Under the pieces are notes generated by a model, which was not told the DNA's origin, made no database searches, and saw only the letters and a program-made list of their open reading frames with translations. Both the position numbers and the translations under genes were made by a program. 64,000 bases of DNA from Lytechinus pictus (Eukaryota), in assembly GCF_037042905.1 (NCBI RefSeq), contig NC_087252.1:17796001-17860000 (forward strand), read 5' to 3'. Every line of letters starts with the position of its first letter. The first letter of the stretch is position 1. This document shows positions 52,613 to 64,000 of the stretch, piece by piece.

Positions 52613-53853
52613 AGCATTGTATAAAGTAATACATAAAAAGAGATGATAGTTAAAAACATCAGTCCTGAAAGGGGAATTGGTATTGCATCCCAGTTGATCG
52701 GCCTAGGCAAGATTGAGGAAATGTCTTTTAACAGAAAGTTTGAAATTATTTGGGGTTTTAACATTTTTAACACTTTGGGGGAGTCTATTCCATAGAACGC
52801 TGCCATCATAACATAAAGCAGTTTCACAATAATCGGTGCGGCCATGATGAGCACTTTGTCGAGTATTTGCATTATGAACTTTAAAAATTTCTTTGAAAAC
52901 ATTTTTAAAACAATCTGCTGATAAGTGAGGTATTCTACTATTTTCTTAAAAGGCATCTATCTTAAACGTCTAAACATTTCATTAGAGGGGGTTTATATAT
53001 ACAATTTAAAATAAGTTTTGATGCCTTCTCTTGCAATTTAGTCAACTTATCAATTTGAGCTAAATATCTATTCCCCCAAATTTCGCAACAGTAATCCATT
53101 TGTGTTTGAATGAGGCATACATATAATAATTTCATTGAAGCTTCATCAACATATGGTTTGACTCTTCTGAGCATGGCAAGTCCTGCAAATACTTTTCTAC
53201 ATACATAGTCAACATGGTCAACATGATTGCACCATGACAAATTATCATCAATAACAACACCAAGACATTTAAAACTATTACACTTTTCAATTTCAATACT
53301 TTCATACTTAATACAAATATTTTAATACCTTTAGTCTTTTTTTTACTTTAAATGATCATATTTTTGGTTTTATCAACATTTAAACATAGCTTATTTAACT
53401 TGATCCACTTAGCGATTGCATCAAAATCATTCTGAATTTTTACTTGTATCTCATAAATAGACGTAGCACTGACATATAGGGTAGTATCATCAGCGTACTT
53501 AACTAACTTTCCATGATTCAAAACGTGTAACATATCATCAATATAAATCAAAAAAGTCATTTAAGTCATTACGCCCATGTGTGGTCTTACTTAATGAAAA
53601 GTTTACTGGGTTGAACACAGTTTGTTGAAACATATCAGTAAAATTATGTGCAATGCTTCAATATGACTTTTGTAACACAAACTTGTGCCGAAAAAAGGCA
53701 GCCAAAATAAGTTTGTCAGTTGACAGCGCACTGCGCATCAACATCGGCAGCAAAGGGCACTATAAACATACACTTGTGACATCAATACCTATAAAATATA
53801 ATCCCTATTGTTTTACGATTCCCCATTATTCCCAAACCAAGGGTTCGAATCCC

Positions 53854-56800
53854 TACCATCTTGATCTCATGTATAGATACCCATCTGTAACCCGACTGGG
53901 ATATATGAAAATAGATAAAACCCATATGGGTCTCAAATGCGTATTACCATCTTGATCCCATTTAGAAATACCCATCTGGAACCCAACTGGGAAATATGGG
54001 AACAGTTAAAACCCACATGGGTCCCATATGCGTATTACCATCCTGAGCCCATTTAGAAAATAATGCCCATCTATAACCCAACTGGGATATATGAAAATAG
54101 ATAAAACCCATTTGGGTCTCAAATGCGTATTACCATCTTGATCCCATTTAGAAATACCCATCTGGAACCCAACTGGGATATATGGGCACAGTTAAAAACC
54201 CCATGGGTCCCATATGCGTATTACCATCCTGAGCCCATTTAGAAAATAATGCCCATCTATAACCCAACTGGGATATATGAGAACATATAAAACCCATATA
54301 GGTCTCATATGCGTATTACCATTTAATCCCATTTAGAAATACCCTTCTGGAACCCAACTGGGATATATGGGCACAGTTAAAGCCTACATGTGTTCCATTT
54401 GCATATTTAAGATTTAAGATTTATTGATTTATTTCATTTATTTTTTTTTCAATTTTTCACATACAAATCAAAAATACATAAATACAATTACAAACAAAAA
54501 TGAACAAAAGTAAGGACCTTACATTTGCAAAAATTGGGTAATGTAAATTATACGAACAAAATACGTTACTTACATCATCATTTTATAAAACTAAACATTC
54601 TTGAAAGTATGAGTATTCGTGTGTATGTTATAAAAAAAAGAAAGAGGTGAAATGAAAAGAGAGACCAGCTGAGAAATTTGGCTTGTTGGACGCTGATCTC
54701 TCGAATACGTAAATAATGTAATTAACGTAATATAATGTGAACTTGGTAAATGATCATTCAAATCAAAGGAACGTAAATTGTAGGATAATCGCTGAAAGTG
54801 TGGAAGATAAATGAGTGGCCATGGATGGTAAAAAAAGAAGAAAAAAAAACAGAACAATGGACGGGGGACAAGGAAAAAGAATAAGATACAAATAGCGATA
54901 AGGAAAAGACAAATAAGAAATAAGGAAAAGGGAGTAGGGGAAAGGGGTCGGTTGGAGGTGGGATCTGTATGATTATCAAGTAATCGAAGAGGTTTGTTGT
55001 GAGTAGGGGGCAAGTAGTGATTTCTTAACTTTAAATTTAAATATACCTATACTTAAGCTCTCTCTCGTATTCAGGGGAAGGGAATTCAAAAATTTGGGGG
55101 CAGTAAATACAAAAGTGTTCTGTGTAAGTGCTGTACGAGTCCTTGGCAGGTGATACAAATTGATTTGTCAAGTTGGGTAATGGTGAATTTCATTATTGAC
55201 TCGAAATATGTTGTTAAAAATGGAGGGCAACCCTTGGTTGTTATACTGATACATGAGAATCGCAAGATTCAATCGATAAATATCGTAAATTTTTTAAATA
55301 TTATTTGAGTGAAAAAGACCGTCTGTATGGTGTCTACAATCAACCTGACATATGATCCGCATAACTTTTTTTTGTAAGAGTAATACTTTATTTACCATAT
55401 ATGTTGCACTGTTTCCCCAGGCGAGTATTTCGTAATTCAAGTGGGGTAAAACTAATGTTGAATATAAAGATTTAAGAATGTTAGGGGGGAATACCCATTT
55501 GAGCTTGTTTATTACACCAACATTTCTAGATATCACCTTACATATATTATTAATGTGATATTTTCATGAAAGTTTGTCATCAGTGAATGTACCAAAAAAT
55601 TTCGTTGTAGTTACCTGTTGTAATTGTATGTTATCTATTAGAATTGGATAAGGTAGTTCATTAAATGTGTTGCTAAATAACATGAAATTAGTTTTCTCTA
55701 GATTTAGGGATAATTTGTTGGTCTTAACCCATGTTGACACTAAGTTTAATTCGGAGTTGACTATCTGATAAAGAGTTTCTATGTTTGTGAGTGAAAGAAA
55801 AAGATTGGTGTCATCTGCATACATAATAAATGAAAATAAGTCCGAGGATCTGTTAAAGTCGTGGATATAAGGTATGAAAAGCAGCGGGCCAAGTATGGAA
55901 CCCTGAGGGACACCGCAGTTAATATTTCTCAATTGTGACATATGATTTTCAATGCAAACTTATTGTTGGCGTTCGTGTAAATAATTACGGAACCAATCTA
56001 AGACAATGCCTCTGATACCATAATGTGACAGTTTATATAAAAAAATTTGGTGGTCTATTGCGTCGAACGCTTTAAAAAAATCTAAAAACATTCCTATCGT
56101 ATGGGATCCTTTGTCAAAAGAGTTAGCTACTTTGTTGATTAGGGACAAGATAGCATGAGATGTATTATGATGTTTTCTAAAACCAAACTGACAGCCAGTT
56201 AGAATTTCGTTATTATTCAAAAAGTCAATTGTGCGTGAAAAGACTATCTTTTCTAATATTTTTGAAAAAGTTGATAATAATGACATGGGTCTGTAGTTTG
56301 ATATTAAAAGAGGATCACCTTTAAAAAAAATCGGTATTATCTTGGCTAATTTCATTTTATTTGGAAAAACACCTGTTCTCAAAGACAAATTACATATATA
56401 AGTAAAAGGTTCAATAATACAAGAAATAATCTTTTTCGTTATGGCATTATCAAAACCGTCATGTCCACAACTCCGTTTGCTATGTAAATTATTAACTATA
56501 TCAAGAGTTTCATTCTCATCCACCGGGACAAAAAACATAGAATTCGGGTTAGGATAAGGTAAATATTCATGAAAACTTTTGTTACTCTCTGGTATCTTAC
56601 TAGCTGAATTTGGGCAAATCTCTACAAAAAAGTTTGAAAGTGATCGGAAATTTCTTGTACATTATCAATAATTTTATTGTCGATTTGTATCTTAGATACA
56701 TAATTTTTCTTTTCATGTTTATTCAATACTTCATTTATAATTTTCCATGTATTGCTTGCGTTTTTTTTTACATTTCGTGAACTGGCAAGAATTTTTTTTC

Positions 56801-57950
56801 TCTCTTCGTAATAGCCCTGTCAGTGTGTTTTTTTAATTTAAATATCTTGATTTATTATTCACAGTTGGCTTTGCTTTATATTTCAGATAAAGATTATTTT
56901 TCCTATTTTTACATCTGAGTAAGCTAGTTGTGATCCATGGAGATCTGGGGCTTCTTTTCTACTACGCTGATTATATTGTCTTACCGGGAGACATTCATTA
57001 AATAAATTAGTCAATTTATCCATAAAATCGTCACAAACAATGATTTACTTCAATCATATCATAAATATCACCCCAGTCTAGTTCATCAAGTATATCTTTG
57101 AATGCGTTAATATTGCCCTCAGAAAAAATCGTGTGTATATTTTAGAAGGTTGTTGAGTCTGTTGTAGAATTGGGAAATTTGCAAATATTGGGAAGTGATC
57201 CGTGATATCAGAGATGACCACTCCAGCGTATGGAAAAGGATGCATATTGGTAAATATGTTGTTTATAAGAGTGGAGGAGTGTTCCGAAATACGAGTTGGT
57301 TTAGATATAAGTGGAATAAATGATGACGTAAGGAATGTTCCATAGAACTCCTGAACAAAGGAATCAGAATCATATTTCAGTAGACTAGCATTGAAATCAT
57401 CTTGATTACCATCTTGATCCCATTTACAAATATCAATCTGTAAACTAACTGGGAAATGTGGGAACAGGTAAAACCCACATGGGTCCCATATGCGTATATT
57501 ACCATCTTGAGACTTGAGCCCATTTAGAAATGCCCATCTATAACGCAACTGGGATATATGAAAACAGATAAACCCATATAGGTCTCATATGCGCTTTACC
57601 ATCTTGAGCCCATTTAGAAATGCCCATCTATAACGCAACTGGGATATATGAAAACAGATAAACCCATATAGGTCTCATATGCGCTTTACCATCTTGATCC
57701 CATTTAGAAATACCCATTTGTAACCCAACTGGGAAATATGGGAATAGATAGAACCAACATGGGTCCCATATGCCTATTACCATCTTGATCCCATTTAGAA
57801 ATACCCATTTGTAACCCAACTGGGATATATGGGCACAGATAGAACCCACATGGGTCCCATAAATTACAATATTTACCCTATTTAGAAATGCCCATCTGTA
57901 ACCCAACTCGGATATTTGGGCACAGATGAAACCAACATGGGTACCGTATG
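53854..57950. repeat. ~91-bp tandem array (TACCATCTTGATCCCATTTAGAAATACCCATC..) split by a LINE; array segments ~53854-54404 and ~57404-57950
   Basis: Units start at 53854, 53945 and 54036. The same unit resumes in phase after the LINE. Confidence 0.85.
54405..57403 (-). mobile_element. 5'-truncated CR1/L2-group LINE (APE + RT ORF2, frameshifted)
   Basis: Minus-strand frames: APE end (KPTRI..TLINNIF..SDITDHFPI), RT (NYRPMSLL..QFGFRK..FLDF..KAFD; GVPQGSILGPLLF..YADD). 3' end AATAAA + (TCTTAAA)n. Confidence 0.9.
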
Positions 57951-59124
57951 GTTTGCACACCTGGGCCCCGTGTAGCAATACCCATGTGTTTTCAAAATGG
58001 GATTTATTTGGGGAATAAGGGCCCATATGGGACCCAAATGGGACCCAGATGTCCGATATAAAAAAGGCATAAGCGACCAAGATACTTTGCTGCCTGGGTA
58101 CTGGCGCGTGGTGGCGCGCAGCCGCTCCAAAATATTGAATATTACGGGCCAAAAAAAAAAAATTCGTCACGCCAAATTCAATTTTGGGCGCCGTTACGCG
58201 GCCACTATGCGCCAGTTGGGAGGTAATTTGAGTCAATGCTCGCCACTGGCACCTTGGCCACACTAGGCGCCACAACAACTTTGTATTGGCGCGAACTGGC
58301 GCCGGATAAGTGGACTCCTAGCATAAGCGAAACTTTAAAATAGCTCAACCATAACTTAAAGGCTGATGATGCTAACGTGATATGTTTCATGTGAACCTCC
58401 CTTTAGGGAGGTTCACATTATACAAGCTATGCTTTTGAGTGAATCTCCCATTTCTACAAATACCTTTTTTTATATTTAGATTATATGTTATAATTTGTCT
58501 ACAAAATACACCATATTTTGTTTATATATCTATATGTTAATTATCATTGATGTTGTTGAATATGATTATAATGACAATGATTTGTTTCGTAAATATTTGT
58601 TATAAATTTTTGAAAATGATTTGTATAAATATTTATGTCATTTTTGTTGGAAATAAATCTGAATCTGGATGGGGTGCCCTGCTCCATGGAGAAATAGGCT
58701 TTATACTTTGTTCTTCCATTCTCAATCTTTTTATTATTATTATTATTTCAGATTTCGTGTTATCTTGACAACTCTATATAACCACTTCAATATACATGTA
58801 TTGATATTTATTTTATTTTTTCTTATTTATTTGTCTTTTTTTTTACCACAGGCGACATCATGATACAGATAGCTATGTTCTAGTGAGAAGGTCGACTACG
58901 AAAGCATATCCGGGTTTTTTTTTTTTTTTTTTTTTTTTTTTTGGCTTATTCAGAGCTGTCTTCTCATGTAGCCTACCACTAAAGTTTAAAGACAAATTAA
59001 GTAACACAATTTTTTTTTTCGAAATTACTTTATCATTCTGTTGATCATATATAATATATACGCAAGTGTTACATATTTGCGAGATAATTTTAGTTTTCTG
59101 CTGAAGAAAAAAGAAACAATAATT

Positions 59125-60993
59125 ATGGCGACACTTGAGCATACCGTTTCGCGCGGTTTACAGTGTCCAGTTTGTTTGAGTTTGCTAAATGATCCAAAAC
59201 AACTATCATGTACACATACGTTTTGTCAAAAATGTATCCGAGATATTCTAGCGTGCTCTTTACAGAATAATACTTTAACTTGTCCATTATGTAGAATCGA
59301 AACAAATGTCGTGGATGGAAATGTTGCCAATATTAAAACTAATGTACCTGTTAAGTCACTTGTTGATGATGTCAGGAATAGTAAACAGCTCTGTGAAATG
59401 TGTGACGAGCAATCAAGAGCCGCACACTTCTGTTGCGATTGTGGTAAGAACATGTGTAACGCTTGTCTGCAAGCTCACAACAACTGGAAACCACATCTTA
59501 ATCACAAAGTAGTGAGCGTTGAAGACATAAGAGAGGGTAGGGTAGTCTTAAAGAAAAAGGTTTACTGTCAAGAAGAAGTACACACTTCAGGGGAGTATGA
59601 ATGCACTGATGTGTGCACGACATGTAAGAAACTCATTTGTATGAGATGTCGCATGCTCTACCACGAGAAAAAGGGCCACAAAGTGGAAGATTTAAGAGAG
59701 TACGATTCGTCTTTCAAGAAGAGCTCTGGATTACTTCAGGGTCAAGGAAAGACAAAAGTTACAACAGTGAAGAATCATATGACGTGTATTGATAATCAAA
59801 TCAAACGTGTCCATGATCACATTGATGCGGAAAATGTGAAGCTTGACATGCTTTGTGAAGAAGCTATCAAGAAAATAAAAGAGAGGAATGCTACCTTGAA
59901 AAAGCAACTAGAAGATCAGAGAGAAGAATTATGCAAGAGTTTAGATAATATGAAAATTGATGATGAGAGGTTGGTCAAAAGTATTGAGAGTGCGAGTGAA
60001 TTGGTGGGTAATAGTTTAAAGGCCCCACTAGAAGGAGATGTTGTAGCTATTCATGATTCATTGTCTAGTGAATTAAAGAATGTACTAGATAGGGATGATC
60101 CAAAAGAAAAGGTTGCTATTGGTGTAGGTGATCATGCAGAGGAACTGACGTTTACACCAAGCTGCGATCCTGATACATTATCAATGGGGATACTGAGGTT
60201 TGTGAAATGTGAGCCGGAGTGCAATGTAAAACTCTCAAAGCAAGATAGTATGAATGGCATGGCGGCTACAAAGACTGGTATGATGGCGGTTGGATCTAAA
60301 TCTGGAGAAATTGAAATATTTTCCACTAATGGTCAGCTAAAACAGACAGTCATTAAAGCTGCAAAAATAATTGAGGTAGGATTCCTCTCTGATGGTCGTT
60401 ATGTTGTACGTGATGCACATAATAAGATATCACTTTATACTTTAGATGAAGAGAAGCAGGGTGTAACATTCGATACTCTAGGTAAGAGTGAAGGTGGGAC
60501 AGGTGGTCTCACTGTAGACAGCAATGATCTGATCTATGTTAGCTACAGGAATGCTAAGAAGATCCAAGTATTTTCACCATCCGGTGGGAAGGCTCTCAGG
60601 GAGATACCATGCGACGGGTATGAACTTGGACAAATCACAAGTTATGGCGATTCGTTGATCGTTAATCGGTTTGGAAATCAGATAACACTTATTGATAACA
60701 AGGGTAATCTCATGCATAAATTATCAAGCCTTTTCGAAAATTACGACTGTGCTGGTGTGAGTAAAGACAATACAATCCTGATTGCCTCTGTAAGATACGA
60801 GGAAGGTCTGCTTAATATCGATGAGTATACCGGTGAGCTGAAACACATCAAGACTCTCATCTCTGATTACAAGATTGAGAAACCGAAAAGAAACTGGTAT
60901 TACATTCGCCAGTTCCAGTCAGGGGAGATAGCTTTCTGTACACCGGACAGGCTCTACATATTTAATCTCGTTACGAGTGAAGTTACCTCGTAA
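59125..60993 (+). CDS. TRIM/RBCC E3 ubiquitin ligase, copy 2 (622 aa, colinear paralog of 3594-5462)
   Basis: Same MATLEH start, same length and no indels versus copy 1. The ATG is at 59125; the ORF track's TTG start at 59041 is not shared by copy 1. Confidence 0.92.
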   Translation: MATLEHTVSRGLQCPVCLSLLNDPKQLSCTHTFCQKCIRDILACSLQNNTLTCPLCRIETNVVDGNVANIKTNVPVKSLVDDVRNSKQLCEMCDEQSRAAHFCCDCGKNMCNACLQAHNNWKPHLNHKVVSVEDIREGRVVLKKKVYCQEEVHTSGEYECTDVCTTCKKLICMRCRMLYHEKKGHKVEDLREYDSSFKKSSGLLQGQGKTKVTTVKNHMTCIDNQIKRVHDHIDAENVKLDMLCEEAIKKIKERNATLKKQLEDQREELCKSLDNMKIDDERLVKSIESASELVGNSLKAPLEGDVVAIHDSLSSELKNVLDRDDPKEKVAIGVGDHAEELTFTPSCDPDTLSMGILRFVKCEPECNVKLSKQDSMNGMAATKTGMMAVGSKSGEIEIFSTNGQLKQTVIKAAKIIEVGFLSDGRYVVRDAHNKISLYTLDEEKQGVTFDTLGKSEGGTGGLTVDSNDLIYVSYRNAKKIQVFSPSGGKALREIPCDGYELGQITSYGDSLIVNRFGNQITLIDNKGNLMHKLSSLFENYDCAGVSKDNTILIASVRYEEGLLNIDEYTGELKHIKTLISDYKIEKPKRNWYYIRQFQSGEIAFCTPDRLYIFNLVTSEVTS

Positions 60994-61387
60994 GAATATA
61001 CTTTTTCGAAGCCTATAAACAAAGCTAATCTAGGGGGTGCTTTCATTCCCCCCCCCCCCTCGACATTTTCGCGATATATCCACTGCGCGGAAAAGTGACA
61101 TCGCCGCTCCCTGACTTTTTGCTTTCGAGTGTCCCGAAACTTTGTAAAGCCCTGGCCCGCGGTTACGAAATTACCCAACATAATGTAAATGTAAATGTAT
61201 AATCATAACTTTTCATAGATTATCGAACTACATGTAGAAGTAGATGCTTTCCCAATATTAAAAAAAAAATGGTTGGTGTCTTTGAACACATCATACTGTT
61301 TTTCCCTATGGGGGAACTCGCCCCGTCTAACCGGTGAACTTGTCCATGGGTGGGGCAGGTTCGCCCTGCAGCGAACATTTTCTTTAC

Positions 61388-62023
61388 TGTTATGTTTGGA
61401 TCGGTAATTATAATTTAGAAGGAAAGCGTAATGAAGAAACTTTGGAGAAGGTTATACAGTTCAAAATCACAGGGTATTTAATCATCAATAATCAGCTACA
61501 GTTTGCAATTCGAAGTACATGAAGATTTAGATATAACAGGAGACGATGAATATAACAATTTCGAAGTATAAGATTAATATTCTGAAATTGAAATAATATT
61601 GGATGGACGTCTTGAAGTCAGTCAATCTATATGGATGAGTGTGGGTGTAGTATTCTATATCTAATAATCAAGAAGTCTTATTTATATAATTAGTTTTGGG
61701 GGTGTAACTATTTAAGGTGGGAGTGATCTAAACTTGATCTGACCGGTCTACAGGTAATATCAAACTTTCTCTAAGGAGTGTAAGGAGTGTGGTAATGCAC
61801 TGTGCAAGTGACTGGGGCTCGAAGTGTGAGTCATACTTCTTCGAACTTTTGTTCCTTGAAGTTAGCTAACGTCACAGAGCGTTGGTCATTTAGGGTCAAG
61901 GTTTAGGAGTTAAATGGAATTAGGGGGTTTATAAATTTTTAGATGACATTGGGGGAGTGAACGTGAATGACTGAAAGGATAACAGGAAGTTAAATACATA
62001 CTACATTAACATCCCCTTTCTTT
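61388..62023 (-). mobile_element. Probable 3' LTR (61388-62011) plus PPT of a minus-strand LTR retroelement that continues rightwards
   Basis: TGTTA..TAACA boundaries. Minus strand reads AAAGAAAGGGGA|TGTTAATG (PPT then TG). No partner LTR in the window. Confidence 0.5.
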
Positions 62024-62885
62024 GGAAAATGAGGCTCTTCTCCTCATTTGGAAAAAAAAATCTACAAATAGATTCCTAAGGTTATTTTGAAAAGTGAGTG
62101 AAACCACAATAGTGTATCTTTGATTGTCCACTGAACTTCCACTCTCGCTCTCATACTTACTAGTAACACTAAAGAGGATTAAACTTATTCTTGATCTTAA
62201 CTGAATTCAACTTATAGATATAACACATTGAATACATTCACAAAACATATAAAAGAAAGAATCTATCAATATTGATACTATTTATATTAATTGGTGCAGA
62301 CTTATTATCCACTATGAAACAATCAGCAAATATTATTAAATTAATGTTCATTAACTACATAGTACAAACTTCTTCAAATTAAACGGTGAAGAATACAGAT
62401 TAATTTCAGCCAATCCTATTGTGTTACTCTATCTCTAACACTGAATTATTTCAAGGAATAACAGTAATAACAAGAAAAAAATGTTTGCTATATAAATCTT
62501 AGCATCTGATCAACATGATAATTGGCGGAAAGTTAAACAGGTGCGCCCTCGAAATGACAGTCTCTCTATGTTAGGAAGGCCTTTATGTACTTCAAATGAA
62601 GCAATCAACATAGAACTCAATCATTACTGTTATACATGTATCTAAGTAAAATTGCAAGAGAAATTACATTCATTTTATTAAGTTATTTTCTCTTTAAGGA
62701 TATTCCTAGCATAGAATGATTAAGAATATTCCAAAATGTCTCAGTAAAGCTCTATGGTAAGTCTTTGTTAGGCCTACATCAATTATAATGAGTACTGAAT
62801 AATTGCTGTTATTTCAGGAATGTCCCAAGACAATAAAGCCAACATGCAGTGAAAAGGACAATATGATTAGCTATTTTGTTTACAT

Positions 62886-63542
62886 TGTTAATTTCACTGA
62901 GGTCAGTCAAGAATGTTCTGAAATTAGACTGCTCTAGAAATTGGCAGAATGTTCTTTTTGTAGACAATACTTGAAGCTTCCAGAATAGTGAATGATTTGT
63001 ATATGAGCTGGCAGTTTCTTCAAGGACATCATCACATCACATCAGACCGGAACTCCGAGTTTCACACCAGACTTTATGTCAGAGCTTAGTTTATTTCCGA
63101 TTGGAACGAACATAACATCAATGAACTGTTTGCAGTTACTTTGAGAGAGGAATTCTCAGTTCTCATCGAGATCATCAACCTGTTTTAATGAACGCTTTTC
63201 AACCCATGGATTGCTGAAATGACTGTAAATCATCATCAACATCGTTTTCACAGACATTTCAACTAGTTACAGTGAATTTTTGTTATTCATCGTGCTTTAA
63301 CATCAATTTCATCATCGCCATCATTATGAACTTTAATTAAAGGAATCTTCGCCAAATGACTTGGATTTTATTTGGATATACTATCATAACTTTGGATTGC
63401 ACATCTGACACTTCCAAGAGATGTAAGATCAATATTGGTTTATGTTTTGTTAGTTTATGATTGTTATATTTCCTGTAATAAAAAAAAGGGAAATCAAATT
63501 TAAAACTAAATTTTCATTTTTATTTGTTGCAGTATCGTAACA
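62886..63542 (+). mobile_element. Possible solo LTR
   Basis: TGTTA..TAACA ends, TATA-like motif at ~63000 and AATAAA at ~63477. TSD not convincing. Confidence 0.35.
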
Positions 63543-64000
63543 TTACTATCATCCCTATCCTGTAGGAGAATATATTTCATATTCATGTTATAAAATAAAA
63601 AAATAAACAAGTACTTTCAAACCTGTTAGATATCATCATATGACAAGTATAAATTCAAACTTATCTTGGTAATCAACCTTGCAATGATGAATATTTGTTT
63701 AATAAATGTACTATGATAAACTGTACATCCTGCAGTGCTTTGTCTCATGTAAGTCTGGTTAAAAATAAAATAGCAATAAGATCCAACGACAACATAACAT
63801 GGTGGAGAACCCGGGAAATTTTGAAGTGACCGATATAAGACATTATGCGAGCAAATTTGGAGTGGAACTCATACAGAGTAGGATGATTTAGTTAGTAAAC
63901 CTATTGTTTATATACTTCAGAATTTGAAGTGGAAATAGATGCACATCTCCCTAAGATATGAGAATGCCCGCAGCTCGAAAAAATTGTTGATATATACATG

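Noticed and set aside
59041..59124. 28-aa N-terminal extension of TRIM copy 2
   Set aside because: TTG start; the equivalent region in copy 1 is not an open extension; the shared ATG is in good context.

Overview
AT-rich, repeat-dense eukaryotic DNA. The repeat landscape and gene type suggest a marine invertebrate deuterostome, probably a sea urchin (inference, not verifiable here). The only host genes I can support are two paralogous, uninterrupted 622-aa TRIM/RBCC E3 ligase ORFs (RING, two B-boxes, coiled coil, NHL-like propeller) at 3594-5462 and 59125-60993. They are near-identical N-terminally and have two hypervariable propeller blocks. The ~54 kb between them is mostly nested mobile DNA: a full-length but inactivated Mag-like Ty3/Gypsy element (176-bp LTRs, AGCAT TSD, tRNA-Ser PBS, PPT), CR1/L2-type LINE remnants, many MITEs, and an 11.3-kb IS3EU-like composite element with a 6-bp TSD that holds an 8.5-kb hAT-like element. 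A local segmental duplication preserves empty sites for several insertions. The most unusual object is at 46670-47203: a tandem dimer of a ~190-bp SINE-like unit with a 7SL (SRP Alu-domain)-like head, a Pol III B-box, a DeuSINE-like core, a 3' stem-loop and a (CA)n tail. It sits inside a Penelope-like TATA/hammerhead-like segment.
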